A DNA stretch of 64,000 bases from Octopus sinensis (GCF_006345805.1 NC_043015.1:1612001-1676000), one strand, 5' to 3'. Numbered from the stretch's first letter, positions 41,339 to 56,165 are shown. Numbers and translations are program-made. The notes: generated from the letters alone by a model not told the origin.

Positions 41339-41583
41339 CCTTTTTCTGTTTTACTTTCATTTTTTTTTTGCTTTTGATATTTTAAAAATTTGGTTCATAT
41401 TTCTTTTTGAAATTTTTTTTTTATATTGTTTACATTATTGTTGATATTTCTTTTTAATAACAGTCATTACTTTTGTTGTTATGGTTAAAAGAAATCGATT
41501 TTATAGTTCTGTTTATAATAATAACAACAACAAGAATATTAATAATAATAAAATCGTAATAATAAAATCGTAATAATAAAATC

Positions 41584-41629
<46 letters not shown>

Positions 41630-42099
41630 CAACAACAACAACAACAATAATACTAATACCGATTATTATTTTTTTTAATTTTTTTATTTAGTCTTAGTTT
41701 TTGGTTTAGCATTTTTAGATTTGCTCATAGTCATTTTGCGTTACGTATAGTACGGTTATCGTTGCTGAAGTAATAGACGTTGTCGCAAATCTGTTGTTCA
41801 ATTTGTTGCTGTTGTTGCTAATGGTGTTATTGTTGATTCTTAGCTCTTAGTGCAGCTATTACACCGCTGCACATATACACAAACTCACGCACATTCTCAT
41901 GTGTAACCGCGCGTGTGCGTGAGCGCTTATGTATGATGTGTCGTAGACACAACGGTTGTGTAACTTCAAGTGTAATATTCAGATTGTTCATGTTATACAC
42001 TGTCTCCAACGTGCGTAAAAATACTCGTACAAAACTCCTACATTCTCTCACGCTCACTCCATTCCTCCGCTCTTACACACAGGCATTTTTTTTTTTTTT

Positions 42100-42320
42100 T
42101 TTGTACTTGTTTCAGTCACTTGACTGCGGCCATGCTGGAGCACCGCCTTTTAGAGTGGTGAAAGAGTACAGCAGGGATCACCACCTCCTGCCGGAGCCTC
42201 GTGGAGCTTTTAGGTGTTTTCGCTCAATAAACACACACAACGCCCGGTCTGGGAATCGAAACCGCGATCCTCCGACCGCAAGTCCGCTGCCCTAACCACT
42301 AGGCCATTGCGCCTCCACAG
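42100..42320 (-). mobile_element. SINE family C 5' half abutting a family A tail fragment
   Basis: GTGGTGAAAGAGTACAGCAGGGATC..GGGAATCGAAACCGCG..GCCATTGCGCCTCCA preceded by CTTGTTTCAGTCA..GGCCATGCTGGAGCACCGCC. Confidence 0.85.
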
Positions 42321-42526
42321 GCATATTATATATGTTTAATAATCTTGGACAACGTATATATTTTCGGTCAAAGAGAAAATGTATCGACATTATGATGATT
42401 CTAAAGATCTATTTAGTTATCTATATAAAGGAATAAGTAAATATGTGTCTAGACATGAATACATGCATAAACTTAAACGTATACATGTGTATAGACATGT
42501 ATGCATACCTATTTGTCTATCTATTA

Positions 42527-42590
<64 letters not shown>

Positions 42591-42624
42591 ATCTATCTTT
42601 CTATCTATCTATCCTCTTCTCTCC

Positions 42625-42677
<53 letters not shown>

Positions 42678-42686
42678 AGGGATGAA

Positions 42687-42878
42687 AGAGGGATGACCAC
42701 TAAGTGGACATCCACTATGTTATATGTAGAACCCCATGGGGTCTAACCAATAAGAAAAGATTGTTTAGCAAACGCCGGGCGTTTGCCTAATTTTCTTGAG
42801 AACAATCTCTCCTTAGTGGTCAGACCATATGGTGTCTACATATAGCATAATGGATGTCCACCTAGTGGTTATCCTCCT
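42687..42878. mobile_element. Fold-back MITE-like element (~80-bp imperfect inverted arms) in a TA tract
   Basis: GGATGACCACTAAGTGGACATCCACTATGTTATATGTAGA.. is the reverse complement of ..TCTACATATAGCATAATGGATGTCCACCTAGTGGTTATCC; pairing continues inward to a central hairpin GCAAACGCCGGGCGTTTGC. Confidence 0.85.
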
Positions 42879-43020
42879 TATATGTATGTAATATAAATTT
42901 TCTGAACCTTCAGTTTTTTCAATATGCTAGGCCACTAGTTGTAAATTGATATTAATCAAATTGATTATTTAAATTATATATATGTAAGTGTGTGTGTGCG
43001 TGCGCGCATGTGTGTTTGTG

Positions 43021-43052
<32 letters not shown>

Positions 43053-43149
43053 ACGGGGAGCTTTATGAAAATAAACAAAAGACGAAGGCAGGTGGAGTAC
43101 TAACAAACAATTGTATTAGTATGGCGCTCAGGAATATAAATAAAACAAG

Positions 43150-43187
43150 TCTTTTACGTTTCGAGCCTACGCTCTTCAACAGAAAGA
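43150..43187 (-). ncRNA. Minimal hammerhead-like motif in a repeat (about 43050-43205)
   Basis: Minus strand tcttt-CTGTTGA-A-GAGC(GTAG)GCTC-GAAACGTA-aaaga. Confidence 0.6.
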
Positions 43188-44098
43188 TACACAGAAAAGA
43201 AACACGGAATATAACTGGGTCTACGTCAGTTATGACTACGCATGTCCGAGTAGATTCCATGAAGAAATAGCCAGCTCGTGAAATCAACGTGCAAATTGTT
43301 GAGCACAACACAGACGCGCGTACCCTTAAGATAGTCCTATAACGACTTCTGGAAAAAGCTTTAAAGAAAGAAATCAAATATACTACATATGTATGACCAT
43401 CATTTATGCCTTGTCTTATATACATATATATGTATGTGTGTGTGTACATACAAGCATACACGCTCTCTCTCTAACACGCTCACGAACGCACAGACGCACA
43501 CACCCACACATACATACATACATAAATATTATATATATATATATATATTATATATATATATAATAAGATTATTGATTAGTCAGTATTGAGAGCAGTGTCC
43601 ATGATTACGGTGGCCATGAGAATGCTGACAGGAAGACAGGACGATATCCTGAAATGGGTTACCTAACTTGAATACTTCAAACGAGCAAAATCCACTAATA
43701 ACAGCAAGAGCCGATGTTTTAGCGGTTAAAATCGCTGTCAGATTAAGCCCGCAAACCGCCAGAACTAGATATGTTAATTATTTTACCCGAAAAGCTGATA
43801 AATCCTCCGCCTGAACTGGTAATTGTTTTCACCAAATCTTAATGGATGAAACAGAAGTCGATCGTAGCTGGGTTTATTGTGATCGTGGCGAAAAGTACTG
43901 GGACAGATAATGTAATGTTGTTTGTACTACATTTTAATTTATATACCATGGCACATTTTTAATTGCAAAATGAATTGAGTCATTTCAGAATTAAGTCTTT
44001 ATATTACAATTCTAATGCTATTGTGTTTTCAGAAATCGAACTATTGACCTCTTTCATTAAACCCTCTCCCCCTCTCTTTATTTAAATGAGTGGACGTG

Positions 44099-44145
<47 letters not shown>

Positions 44146-44227
44146 TATATATATATATGTGTATATATATATATATATATTCATATATATATACAATATA
44201 TACATACACACACACGCACACAACAAG

Positions 44228-44283
<56 letters not shown>

Positions 44284-45009
44284 ATATATATTAATTATAT
44301 ATATATATATATATATAATTATATAAATTTTTACCGAATATGGTCCTTTTCCACAGAAATACTACTATGTGAAATTTGTTGATTTTATTAAATTAATTAT
44401 AATTTATACAGATATATCACCCATTATCTGTACAAATAAATATATATGTATGTATGTATGTATATATATACATACACTCTCATACACAGTGTACGTCAGA
44501 TTTTTGACAGAGAATAATCAAACTAGCATATCCTAGCATAAAGAGGACTTTAACATAGTCATCTTTTTTTACTTTACTTTCCAGATAAATAACATCAGAC
44601 ATCAGATTGTTGCGATAAGAATTTGTAATGTTTCGAAACAATAAGCAATTATTCTCCTGTGGAACTGGATCTCGAAACATATAAATGCTCTAAATAATAG
44701 CATGTATATACCTGGTCGAAGAGCCCTTTTGGATAGAGAAAGTCAATGTTTTTCCCAGGGATGCGAACCTACATTTCCTGTAGACTTCACAGATATTCTA
44801 CCACTGCACGAAAGCAATCCTTCGAATTTCTCTCTTCATTTTAGAAACTTTATTTTTACCAGTGAGAATGATACGATGTTGAAGTCATATGAATTGAAAA
44901 ACCGAAGAGCATAAGTGTATTTCCACTATGTCTAAATGAAAACTAAAACGGCAACTCTTATTGTCCGAGTTTCCTTTTGCTGGATAGATAACAGAGTACA
45001 CTAAGAACG

Positions 45010-45340
45010 TGAAGGCACATGGCCCAGTGGTGAAAGTGTCGGGCTCACAAACATAGGTGTGTGAGTTCGATTCCCGAACCGGGCTGTGAGTTGTGTTCTT
45101 GGGCAAAACATTTTCTTTCGTGTTGCTCCAGTTCACATCAGCTTCAGAAATGAGTTGCATCATCCCTGGTGCCTAGATATATCGATCCTTGCCTTTGCCT
45201 TGGACAACATCGGTGATGTGGAGAGAAGTATGCATGGGTGACTGCTGGCCTTCCATAAACAACCTTTCCCAGACTTTTGCTGCTTCAGAGGGTAACATTC
45301 TAGGAGCAATCCCCTGGATGTCATAACCGAAGGGAGTCTT
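45010..45340 (+). mobile_element. SINE family D
   Basis: GAAGGCACATGGCCCAGTGG..GAGTTCGATTCCCG..CTTGGGCAAAACA..CATAACCGAAGGGAGTCTT. Confidence 0.85.
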
Positions 45341-46213
45341 CTCTCTTCCCTTTTTTTTACAAAGAGAACGTAAAATAAAACAGGAGACTTCACCTGAGTA
45401 TAAAATGCATTATGCCTGAACAAGATTGTTTAGAATAGGATTAAAAAAAAACTGCCGTAGACAGAGACGACACGATGAAATTCATTAATGTATATAGCTT
45501 GTATATATAGCTCCAGCTGAGCTCAAGCGAATGACTACAAAATCAGCTTTCTATACCGCATTACTTAACACGTTACATAATTAAATAAAATCGGGTGGGC
45601 ATCGCAGGAAGTATACCCTTGTGTTACTGATAGTGCAATCTGAAACTGAGTCGTTCGTCCGACAGTAGACGAATGGATTAATTGAGAAAGAAGGAAATAA
45701 GAAATGAAAAGATGTCTGTTCCTGCCAACGAAAAACCCGTGATTAACTTAAAGATTAGTATAATCCTTGGGTAAATTGAAGCAACAGACTGGTTTCAGAC
45801 ATTCTTTTTAAATCGAAAGTACTGGAAGCTAACACAACTAATAAAACAACAAACATTCGCGAGTGCGCACATGCACACTTTTGTATACATAGACGCATAA
45901 CACACATACTCGCTTACGCATGCACACACATATACATCTACACATGCACACATATACATATATATATACACACAGACATATATGTATACATTTACACATA
46001 TACATTCATGCATACAAACAAACATACAAGCACACATACATGCATATATATGTATGTATATATGTATGTATGTATATATATATATACATATATATGTATG
46101 TATGTATGTATGTAAAATATATATATATATATATACTATAACCACTTTCCAGAAATGCTGTTGTACACTTACTGCGTTAATTGAACGGTTTTCATATAGA
46201 ACTGGATCTGTGA

Positions 46214-46257
<44 letters not shown>

Positions 46258-48008
46258 CAATAAATATATACACACACATATACACACACATACGTATATG
46301 CATACATACATACATGCACACATACAAAGATATATACTTACGTACGTACATATATGTGTTTGTGTGTGTGTGCGTATTTGTATGTATACACACATATATA
46401 CGCACTTATAGAACTATAAAGAGAGAAGCAACATATATGTCTGTGTGTGTGAGTGTACGTGAGTTGGTGTGTGCGTATATGTATGTATATATATATATAT
46501 TCGAAGGAAGCGAGAAAGAGATGCTTAAAAGCTACACATATGCAAAACAGTGAAACACATGCTCTTCTTCATATATTTTTGATGATAGACTCTCGTATAC
46601 ATACACACATACTACACATCGTAAATAATTATTTGCAGCTTCATGTATATACATATATACAGAAAGACACGCACTCCCGAACACACAGACACACTGACAC
46701 ACGTATTAACTCTTAAATGCAATTATGAAACACAAGCATACATGTATGAATTCTCTAGATACGCATTAAAATAGATAAGCTAAACCTACACACACATATA
46801 CACTTACAGTCGAGTATATATGAAGCAACACTTATGCACACAAGCACTCATATATAATACACATACATATAATACACAAATATACACGACTCGAAAAGCA
46901 CACACATGTATACATACACAATCTCTCCGTATAGACGTATTAATACTTGAATGCAAAACAGATACACACACACTTTAATACAGAAACAAACAATACAACC
47001 GCACACAGAGGGACATACATACATATATATATATACACACACAATCTCCCATAGATTCATACGTACAGCTAAGCAAACATGAATCACACTAACACACACA
47101 CACACACATATATATATTAACACACTAACATACACACACGCCATGATCGTATAATACGTACGTATACACACTCAAACAGACAGAAATTCGTATATACAAA
47201 TAGAAAATCTACAAGTATACACTTAACGAAAAATGACACAATAAATCTAAAAATCTCCACGCGACCATCTGTCTGGAGTTGTTTACCAAGCAATTGCTGA
47301 ATAGAGACCCAGAGTGAGTATTTTGAAAATTGGTTAGCAAACAACCTTAGCTTTAGCTCACACGAAACCAAGGCAGGAAATGACAACGGTGAGGCAACGG
47401 CCAAACCAGAATACTGGCGTCTCGAGCTCAGAAAGAAAAACCTCTTTTCAATTCATGCTTTTCTTTATATATTTAATAATAAATACAGCTTAACTCTTCA
47501 CCACACCCGGCTTCACTCACTGTCTCTCCGAGCGATCGTTTTGCCTAATCTTCTCCTGAACTTCACTGCCTTCTGTCGCCCTTCGATGCACTCTTGCCGT
47601 CCGACCTACCGACCGTCCGACCTACCGACCGTCCGACCGACCGAACAGCTCCGTCTTTCTTCCACAGTTCAAACACCGTAAATACTATGCACCAAAATAC
47701 CCACCAGACAACTGGTGATCGTCTTATACAATCGTATACCCGTTTCATCTTTCATGTCTTCACCCAGACCAAAGAGTGCATTGTTAAGACATTTTTCTTC
47801 ATTCACACACACACCACCTAAACTTCTCCATCCTAATCAAATTCAACCTACGTCTTCTTTCCACCTCCTACTCATCCTCGCCTTCCTCTTCCTCCTCTTC
47901 CTTCTTCTTCTTCTTCTTCTTCTTCTTCTTCTTCTTCTTCTTCTTCTTCTTCTTCTTTTCCCTTCCCCTTCTTCTTCTTCTGCAACACCATACCACCACC
48001 AACATCAC

Positions 48009-48039
<31 letters not shown>

Positions 48040-48040
48040 G

Positions 48041-48086
<46 letters not shown>

Positions 48087-48289
48087 CATCGTCGTCGTCG
48101 TCGTCGTCATTGTCATCATCACCTTCATCGTTATGGCTTTCCTTATTCATCTCTTGATCGTTGGCAAAAATGTATTTGTAGTATTTATTCCGAGTTTTTA
48201 TGTTCTGAGGAGTTCAAATCCCACCGACTTCAGTTTTGCCTTTCGTCCCTTTGTTGTTATTTTTGTTGTTGTTTGTTCCTTCTCGAGCC

Positions 48290-48575
48290 ACGCCTGGCTC
48301 ATAAGGGCCGGTTTCACAGTTTCTTTGGCGTATTGGTTTCCCCACCTGGACGGGACACCGGTTCGTCACAGGTGAGCTGCAAGATGCTGGCGGAAAGCGT
48401 TAGAGTAAGTTGTAGCGAAAGAGTCAGCAGAAGTTCGCCATTATCTTCAACCGGAGCCGCGTGGAGCTTAGGTGTTTCCCTCATAAACACACACATCGCC
48501 CGATCTGAGATTCAAACCTACAATCCCTCCACCGCGAGTCCGCTGCTCTAACCACTAAGCCATGTACCTCCACTT
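48290..48575 (-). mobile_element. SINE related to family C (same head, different 3' body)
   Basis: GTGGAGCTTAGGTGTTT..ATAAACACACAC..CGCGAGTCCGCTGCTCTAACCACT..CCTCCAC. Confidence 0.75.
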
Positions 48576-48834
48576 TCGTTAGTTTGGGATCCATAAACTA
48601 AAGGTACAATCGAGTACCATATTCGGCTATGTGCGCCTTGTTAAATTGCTGTCACTTAACAAAATTAGAGAGCATTATTATAATATTGTCCCCAGTTCTT
48701 TACTGAAACTTTATTGGTTCTAAGACAAACAGCAAAATTGTCCTTGGTATTTAGAAATAATGCTAATAAATATTTTTTTTCCGACGCACTAACGATTCTG
48801 CCAGCTCACTGTCTGAATAATAATAAAATTAATA

Positions 48835-48886
<52 letters not shown>

Positions 48887-48911
48887 TATTATTATTATTA
48901 TTATAATTATA

Positions 48912-48947
<36 letters not shown>

Positions 48948-49472
48948 GATGCAGTACCAGGCAGTGGCTCTCATGGCTTCTGATCTTAACTGATTGGAAG
49001 TGTTATCATGTACATTGTTTTGTCTTGGTATAAATGATGAGCTACAGCAAATATTCTGCTCAGTAGAACCGATTTGCTTGTCAGTTGTTTGACCTTATCC
49101 AGTTGACCATGTCCCTTAGTGGCTGACGATATGTGCATCTCTGATCCTGAGCAGAAGTAGTTGGGGAGCATCATAACCAAGTGTTGAAAAAATTCTTTGA
49201 GATTTGAATAGTTCCCTTTTGGAAACATAGATGTTTCGTTCAACATCCTCAAACAAGCCTTATTCAGTAACCTTTTGAGTGGCATGAGCTATTCGACTTG
49301 CAGAAAATTCTGACTGGGCTTCACCTGCAAGGTCATGCACTATTTATCTTGGTATGAGATCACCATATCACCACATGCTTTTATCAGACGGGTAGTCATG
49401 ATGAGAATACTAGGCATCGTATATTTTACTCTAGTGTCACTTTGATGGCGTGAACTGCTCTCTCACTCAATA
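48948..49472 (+). mobile_element. Second copy of the ~550-bp AAT-embedded repeat
   Basis: Collinear with 3013-3566. Confidence 0.75.
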
Positions 49473-49519
49473 ATGATGGTGATGATGATGATGATGATGA
49501 TGATAATAATAATGATAAC

Positions 49520-49600
<81 letters not shown>

Positions 49601-49614
49601 CTCCCCCTCATCCT

Positions 49615-50700
49615 CCCCTCATGGTGCGGACAGTAGACGAACTAAACATCTTAGACAGAAAGACAAGGAAGTTGCTAACACTCCACCCCAAAAGTGACAC
49701 AGACAGACTCTATGTACCAAGAAAAGAAGGGGAAGAGGACTGATTCGATGCGAACTTGACATTAGAGCAGAAGAAAGCAACTGGTATGTAAAAAATGCCA
49801 CAGAACCGCTATTATTCGAAGTAAGGTCAGGCTTGTGTAGGATGAAAGATTACAAAGATAAAGCACTTTGCAAGAAATTGAAAACGAATGAAACTGAAAA
49901 TAGGTGGGTAAAGAAAAGAATGTATGGTCAATTTAATATGGATGTTGAAGATAAGACAGACAGAGAAAAAAGATGGCTGTGGATGACTAACAGGGATTAA
50001 AACCGGAAAGGAAGGCTCCAATATCTGTGCTGCCTAAGAGCAAGCACTAAGGACAAACTATATAAAATACAGAAAACACAACACAGCAGAAAGTGATAAG
50101 TGCAGAATCTGTGGGCAAAAGGGTGAAACCGTATGGCATATTATCAGCCAATGTATGCCACCAGCCCAGAAGGAATATAAGAGACGCCACGATAATAGAG
50201 CCAGGCTTGTACAATGGGCACTTTGCAAAATGTATAGACTTGACAGAGCAAAACATTGGTACGGCCACAAGCCCGAAAGCATCATCGAAAGTAAAAAGGC
50301 AAAGATCCTATGGGATTTTATGATTCAGTGCAACCATGAGATAGGGAGTAGGAAACCAGACATAGTAGTAATTGAGAAAGAAAACAAACTCTGCTGGACA
50401 ACAAGGTATGCGATAAGGAAGAAAGAAAAGTCGATAGATATAACAGGTTAGCTTGGGAAGTTAAGCAGTTGTGGTCGATGAAAAAGGTAGTAGTAGTACC
50501 AATAATTGTCGGAGCCCTGAGGACAGTGAGCAAAAATCTCGAGAAGTACGTGGAACAAACAGGGGCTGCAATAGGGATGTAGAACTTGAAGAAAACAGTA
50601 CGGTTTGGAACCGCTCGAATACTCTGGAAGGGGCTCGAAAAGTAAGAGGTGTTATCTTAGTCCACTGGTAGTGAACAGCTGACACCGTAGTATATCTCCA
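49615..50700 (+). mobile_element. Decayed R4/Dong-type RLE retrotransposon fragment downstream of (AAT)n
   Basis: HPKSDTDRLYVPRKEGGRGL, KRMYGQF, CRICGQKGETVWHIISQC, KEYKRRHDN, ILWDFMIQCNHEIGSRKPDIVV, VVPIIVGALRT. Confidence 0.9.
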
Positions 50701-50852
50701 GCTACTCAACTGGTACTTATTCTATAGTTCTCGAAAGAATGAAAAGGCAAAATCGACCTTGGTTCAATTTGAACTCAGAACGTAAGGCTGGGCGAAATAT
50801 CGATATGTATTTTGTTTGATGTGTTATCTATTCAGCTAGCTCACTGCCTTAC
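50700..50852 (-). mobile_element. SINE family E, diverged
   Basis: CAACTGGTACTTATT..GAATGAAAAGGCAAAATCGACCTTGG..TTTGAACTCAGAACGTAA..AGCTCACTGCCTT. Confidence 0.75.
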
Positions 50853-51051
50853 AACAGCAACACCATCGGCAAAAACAGCAGCATTAACAGCAACAGCAGC
50901 AGCAGCAAGGAAGGATGACAACCAAAACAACAACATTAATAATAATAATAACGATAATATTAAGAAGTAGTTTGGTTATTATTGTTATTGTTGCTGTCGA
51001 TGCTGTTGTGAACATAATAAAAATATAATAACAATAACAACAACAACAACA

Positions 51052-51054
51052 GTG

Positions 51055-51137
<83 letters not shown>

Positions 51138-51183
51138 GATAATAATAATTATGATGATGATAATGATAATGATAATAATGATG

Positions 51184-51238
<55 letters not shown>

Positions 51239-51264
51239 TAATAATGATAAGGATAATGATGATG

Positions 51265-51301
<37 letters not shown>

Positions 51302-51312
51302 TGATGATGATG

Positions 51313-51350
<38 letters not shown>

Positions 51351-51380
51351 GATAATAATATTAACAACAACAACAACAAC

Positions 51381-51411
<31 letters not shown>

Positions 51412-51505
51412 GTAGTAATAATAATAATAATAATGATGATGATGATGATGATGATGACGATGACGATGACGATGGTGATGATGATGATGATGATGATGAT
51501 AATAC
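51052..51505. repeat. Long compound (CTA)/(ATA)/(ATG) trinucleotide tract
   Basis: Direct reading. Confidence 0.95.
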
Positions 51506-52206
51506 TGCAAAATTTTCAACTACGAAATATTATTTACCACAACATCCCAGCATGTGGTTATACGTTGAGTAAAAGCTCCAGCAATTCTCATTTGATATCT
51601 GTCTGTCGTACAGCTAAGTATGGCGCCTCGTAAGACTGTTTACAATATATACCTTTGACTGACTGCTTTTAGCCACAATAATGCCGCTCATCTGCCTCTG
51701 AGTTGAACACTCAGGCTAATGGTGTGCGTGTATGAGTGTGTGCGTGTGTTTGTGTGTGAGTGCGCTTCTGGTTTTGTGTAATGTGTATAGTTATGTAATT
51801 GTGTATGTATGAATGTGAGTGTAGAGAAGCAGTGTGTATATATAAGTGATATTACGATATACTTGCAAGATGTATATGAGAGACTGTGTAAGTATGAAAC
51901 GGAGGATCTCTCATGAAATGTGTTCAGGATTATGACAATCGTGTAACATGTACACAAACATATATACATATATATACACACACATATACATATATATATA
52001 CATATATATACATATATATACCTATATATATATGTACATATATACACATATATATGTATATATGTATGTATGTATATATATATATATATATATCTATATA
52101 TTATATATATATGTGTATATATATATATTATATATGCAATATTTACATGCATGTATATGACACATGTATATTTAATTATACGAGAGGTACAGATAAGCAA
52201 CAGACC

Positions 52207-52270
<64 letters not shown>

Positions 52271-52755
52271 CATTAATAGAGATACAAAATAAGAGAACAT
52301 CTTTACATCTATATCTATATTTATCCAGCTATTTATCTATCTATCTGTGTGTCTTTCTGTGTGTCTGTCTGGCGGGCAGTCTGTGTATCTATTTATCTAT
52401 TTATCTAAGTATAGAGGCGCGCGCTTGTGCGCACGTGTGTGTTTCTGGATGTGTGTACAAATTTACAACATATAAACTGTGGCCTTGTTTGGGCATCGAT
52501 TTCATAAACTTCAGTAAATTATTTTTACCCACTCCTCTTCTAAAACTGGTAATCTTACGGGCTTAAATTCAGTTGTTCAGTTATACTGTCTATACAGAAT
52601 TATTCAGCCTTTCAAAACGAACATACGTTTCGGTTATTCACACTGTATTGGATCTCTTTAGACAAATGAATGCGCTCACACACAGAAACACATACACATA
52701 TACATCTATACCCCCACATGCATACATATATAAATACATACAGACATCCATACAA

Positions 52756-52792
<37 letters not shown>

Positions 52793-52809
52793 GTATAGCC
52801 TTTCAACTA

Positions 52810-53218
52810 TAGCCTTTCAGCTTCTAACCAGCACCACGACAACAACAGCTTTTTCGTCTGCCGTAAGGCATTATTTTTCAAATACGCCAGGTAAGTTGAA
52901 CTGACTAAAGTCGAAAGACGCCTGTTGTTTTTGTCCTGTTATTATTATTATTGTTGTTTTTTGTATTTATATTCGTGTAACATCGTCCGTTTTTCTGTCC
53001 TTGTTTCGTATACATTCGATCCTTTTTCCAAGAAATCTAATGCTCGTAGCTTAGTTTTTACTTGGGGCTGGCCAGATCGGAGCAATCTCAAGATTAATCA
53101 GCCGAAATTGCGAGGATGATCCGGTTCTTGACTGAAGATTAGAGGCTTCGAATGACCCATTCGCTTTTTGTATCGTCTATTTGAATGTTTTGTGTTTTGT
53201 CCCATTTTGCATTTTATA
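52810..53218 (+). mobile_element. Short repeat resembling a Penelope 3' end/pseudo-LTR remnant; partial inverted sister at about 53620-53745
   Basis: GCCGAAATTGC..GACTGA.GA..CGAATGACCC..TTGTATCGTCTAT.TG.ATGTTTTG shared in opposite orientation with 53620-53745; flanked by CA/TA microsatellites; the Penelope assignment is inference. Confidence 0.45.
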
Positions 53219-53241
53219 TATATTTTTTTATACACACACGC

Positions 53242-53300
<59 letters not shown>

Positions 53301-53948
53301 TATATATATCCATATATATATATATATACATATATATGACGATTGGGCTAATACTTCTATTCATGGACCCAAATTGCCTCCTAAGGCATCACAGAGTGCA
53401 GCACTGGGAGACTGCGAATCGATCTCAGGATCACGTGCTTGAAAAACCTGATTGTAATCACACAACAATGCATACGTATTTGTGTGCATGTGTGTATAAG
53501 TATATTTTCGCATATTCCTATACATACATACATACATACTTACATACATACATATATACATACATACATACATGCATACATATATACATACATACATAAA
53601 TACTATATATATATATATATAAAATACAAAATAGGACTAGAACTCAAAACATCCAGATAGACGATACAAAGAAAACAAGGACGGGTCATTCGGGGTTTTC
53701 TTTCCTCAGTCGAGTTTCAGACTATCTTTGCAATTTCGGCAGGCTTACATACACTTTGGTCTCTTAGTGATAAATATAAATATATTTATAAGTAGTTTTA
53801 GAGACAGAACGACCTTCAACTCCAACCCTGAAATATTTTATACCCGACCACTCCATAAAATGTTAAATACTAAATCTTATACTAACTATATCTATTCTGA
53901 ATCCCATATTTTCCGTTTATACGACTACACGTGTTCTTCATATATATA

Positions 53949-54013
<65 letters not shown>

Positions 54014-54711
54014 TATCTATAAAACACACACACACACAATATATTTTCTCTCCAAAATTTAGACGTGTTTACATTTAACTATATTCGTACATATATATTA
54101 GTACGTATATGTATAAATCAATATATACATGCATTGATAGATCGATTGACAGACAGCAGACAGACAGACAGACAGCTAAACAGACAGAAAGATAGATAGA
54201 TTGTTAAATAGATAGACAGACAGAGAGATGCATATATACAGTCTCACATACATAATACATACATAGACACATATACTAATATAGACACGTATATCAGAAA
54301 GCAAGTGACCAGCTACACTACATGGTTTTCTATATGAAAGAGTTCAAATACATAGTTTCGCAAAAAGACCCAATGCGCTTTTCTTCGTAAAAAGATTTTT
54401 CCACAACCATTGTTGGATGTGCGTGTGTTTATGCCTCCCTTTAGATCTATGTACAACACTATACTGTATGTTCGACACGTGCGTGAGTTTGTGGTTCGTG
54501 TAAAATCATTGTAGTTGGAAGCATGCAATGATCAAACGAAATCAGACCATAAGAGCAAACGAACGAAGCGGTTGTAAAAGTCACTGCAGGAAAAGTCAGA
54601 CGGATGTTAAGAGAGAAAACGGGCAGTACATTCACAATATGGTGGGAATTAGATTTTGTCTAGGTGGCTGGTGTATATGCATGGGTATATACATATATAT
54701 ATATATATAAT

Positions 54712-54743
<32 letters not shown>

Positions 54744-55267
54744 AATATATATATATATAATATATATATATATAATATATATATATATATGTGATAATAT
54801 GTATGTATGTCTATGTCTATGTATTCTAGATATATACGTATGTATATATACATATACACATACATATATATGCATGCATATATATATATATATATACATA
54901 TTTATGTATATGTTACAGTATATACATTTATAAAGATGTGCATGCGTGTATCCGTGGATTATACGCATCTCTGTATTTACCTGCGTACGTACTTATTCTA
55001 CCCTCTCTGCCTGTATGTATGTATATATATATATATATATATATAGATATACATATATACACACATAGTTAGATTACTTTATATGTGTATGTTTATGCAG
55101 GAATATAATACAGTATGTGTGGTTGTGAGAATATTGACTTTATACCGAAAACAAACCTATACATATGCATCCATACTTACCTCTCGACACAAGCACACAC
55201 ATGCACTCACACACACATATATATACACATATATTTATATATATATGCGCATAAATGTTTGTGTATA

Positions 55268-55496
55268 GGCGCAGGAGTGACCACGTGGTAAGCAGCATGC
55301 GTACTAATCACATGGTTCCGGGTTCGGTCCAACTGAGTGGCCCATTGGGCAAGTATCTTCTAGTATAGCCTCGGACCGACTAAAGCTTTGTAAGTGGATT
55401 TGGTAGACGGAAACTGAAAAAGCCTGTCGTATATATGTATGTATATATGTATCGGTGTGTGGTAAGGCAATTCGTTGCTAACCCCTTAATTGCTTA

Positions 55497-55570
<74 letters not shown>

Positions 55571-55812
55571 TTTTTGTGTGGGTGTGGTGTGTGTATGTAA
55601 GTATAATGTATGCATGTATGTATGTATATGTTTGTGTGTTTGTGTTTGTCCCCCCAATATCGCATGACAACCGATGCTGGTGTGTTAATGTCCCTGTAAC
55701 CTAGTGGTTCGACAAAAGGGACCGATATAATAATTACTAGGCTGACAAAGAATATGTCCTGGGGTCCAATTGCTCGGTTAAATGTGGTGCGCTAGCATGG
55801 CTGCAACAAAAT
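55268..55812 (+). mobile_element. SINE family A, full length with internal microsatellite
   Basis: GGCGCAGGAGTG..GGTTCCGGGTTCGGTCC..GGATTTGGTAGACGGAAACTGAA then GACAACCGATGCTGGTGTG..GTCCTGGGGTC..AGCATGGCTGCA. Confidence 0.85.
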
Positions 55813-55837
55813 GCAACAAAATTTATATAAATATAAG

Positions 55838-55869
<32 letters not shown>

Positions 55870-55875
55870 TATAGA

Positions 55876-55916
<41 letters not shown>

Positions 55917-55923
55917 GATAAAT

Positions 55924-55963
<40 letters not shown>

Positions 55964-55995
55964 TATAGATAGATAGATAGACAGCAGACAGACAT

Positions 55996-56027
<32 letters not shown>

Positions 56028-56132
56028 TATATAGATAGATAGATAGATAGATAGATAGACAACAGACAGACAAGACAGATAGATAGTAGATAGATAGATA
56101 GATAAGATAGATAGATAGATAGATAGATATAT

Positions 56133-56165
<33 letters not shown>

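Noticed and set aside
47715-48551. Longest ORF (278 aa)
   Set aside because: Made of (CTT)n, (CAT)n and the antisense strand of a SINE; no coding signature
52821-52896. Plus-strand candidate exon (TTTCAG..CAG|GTAAGT)
   Set aside because: It lies inside a repeat-like element and opposite to all other splice signals; most likely coincidental
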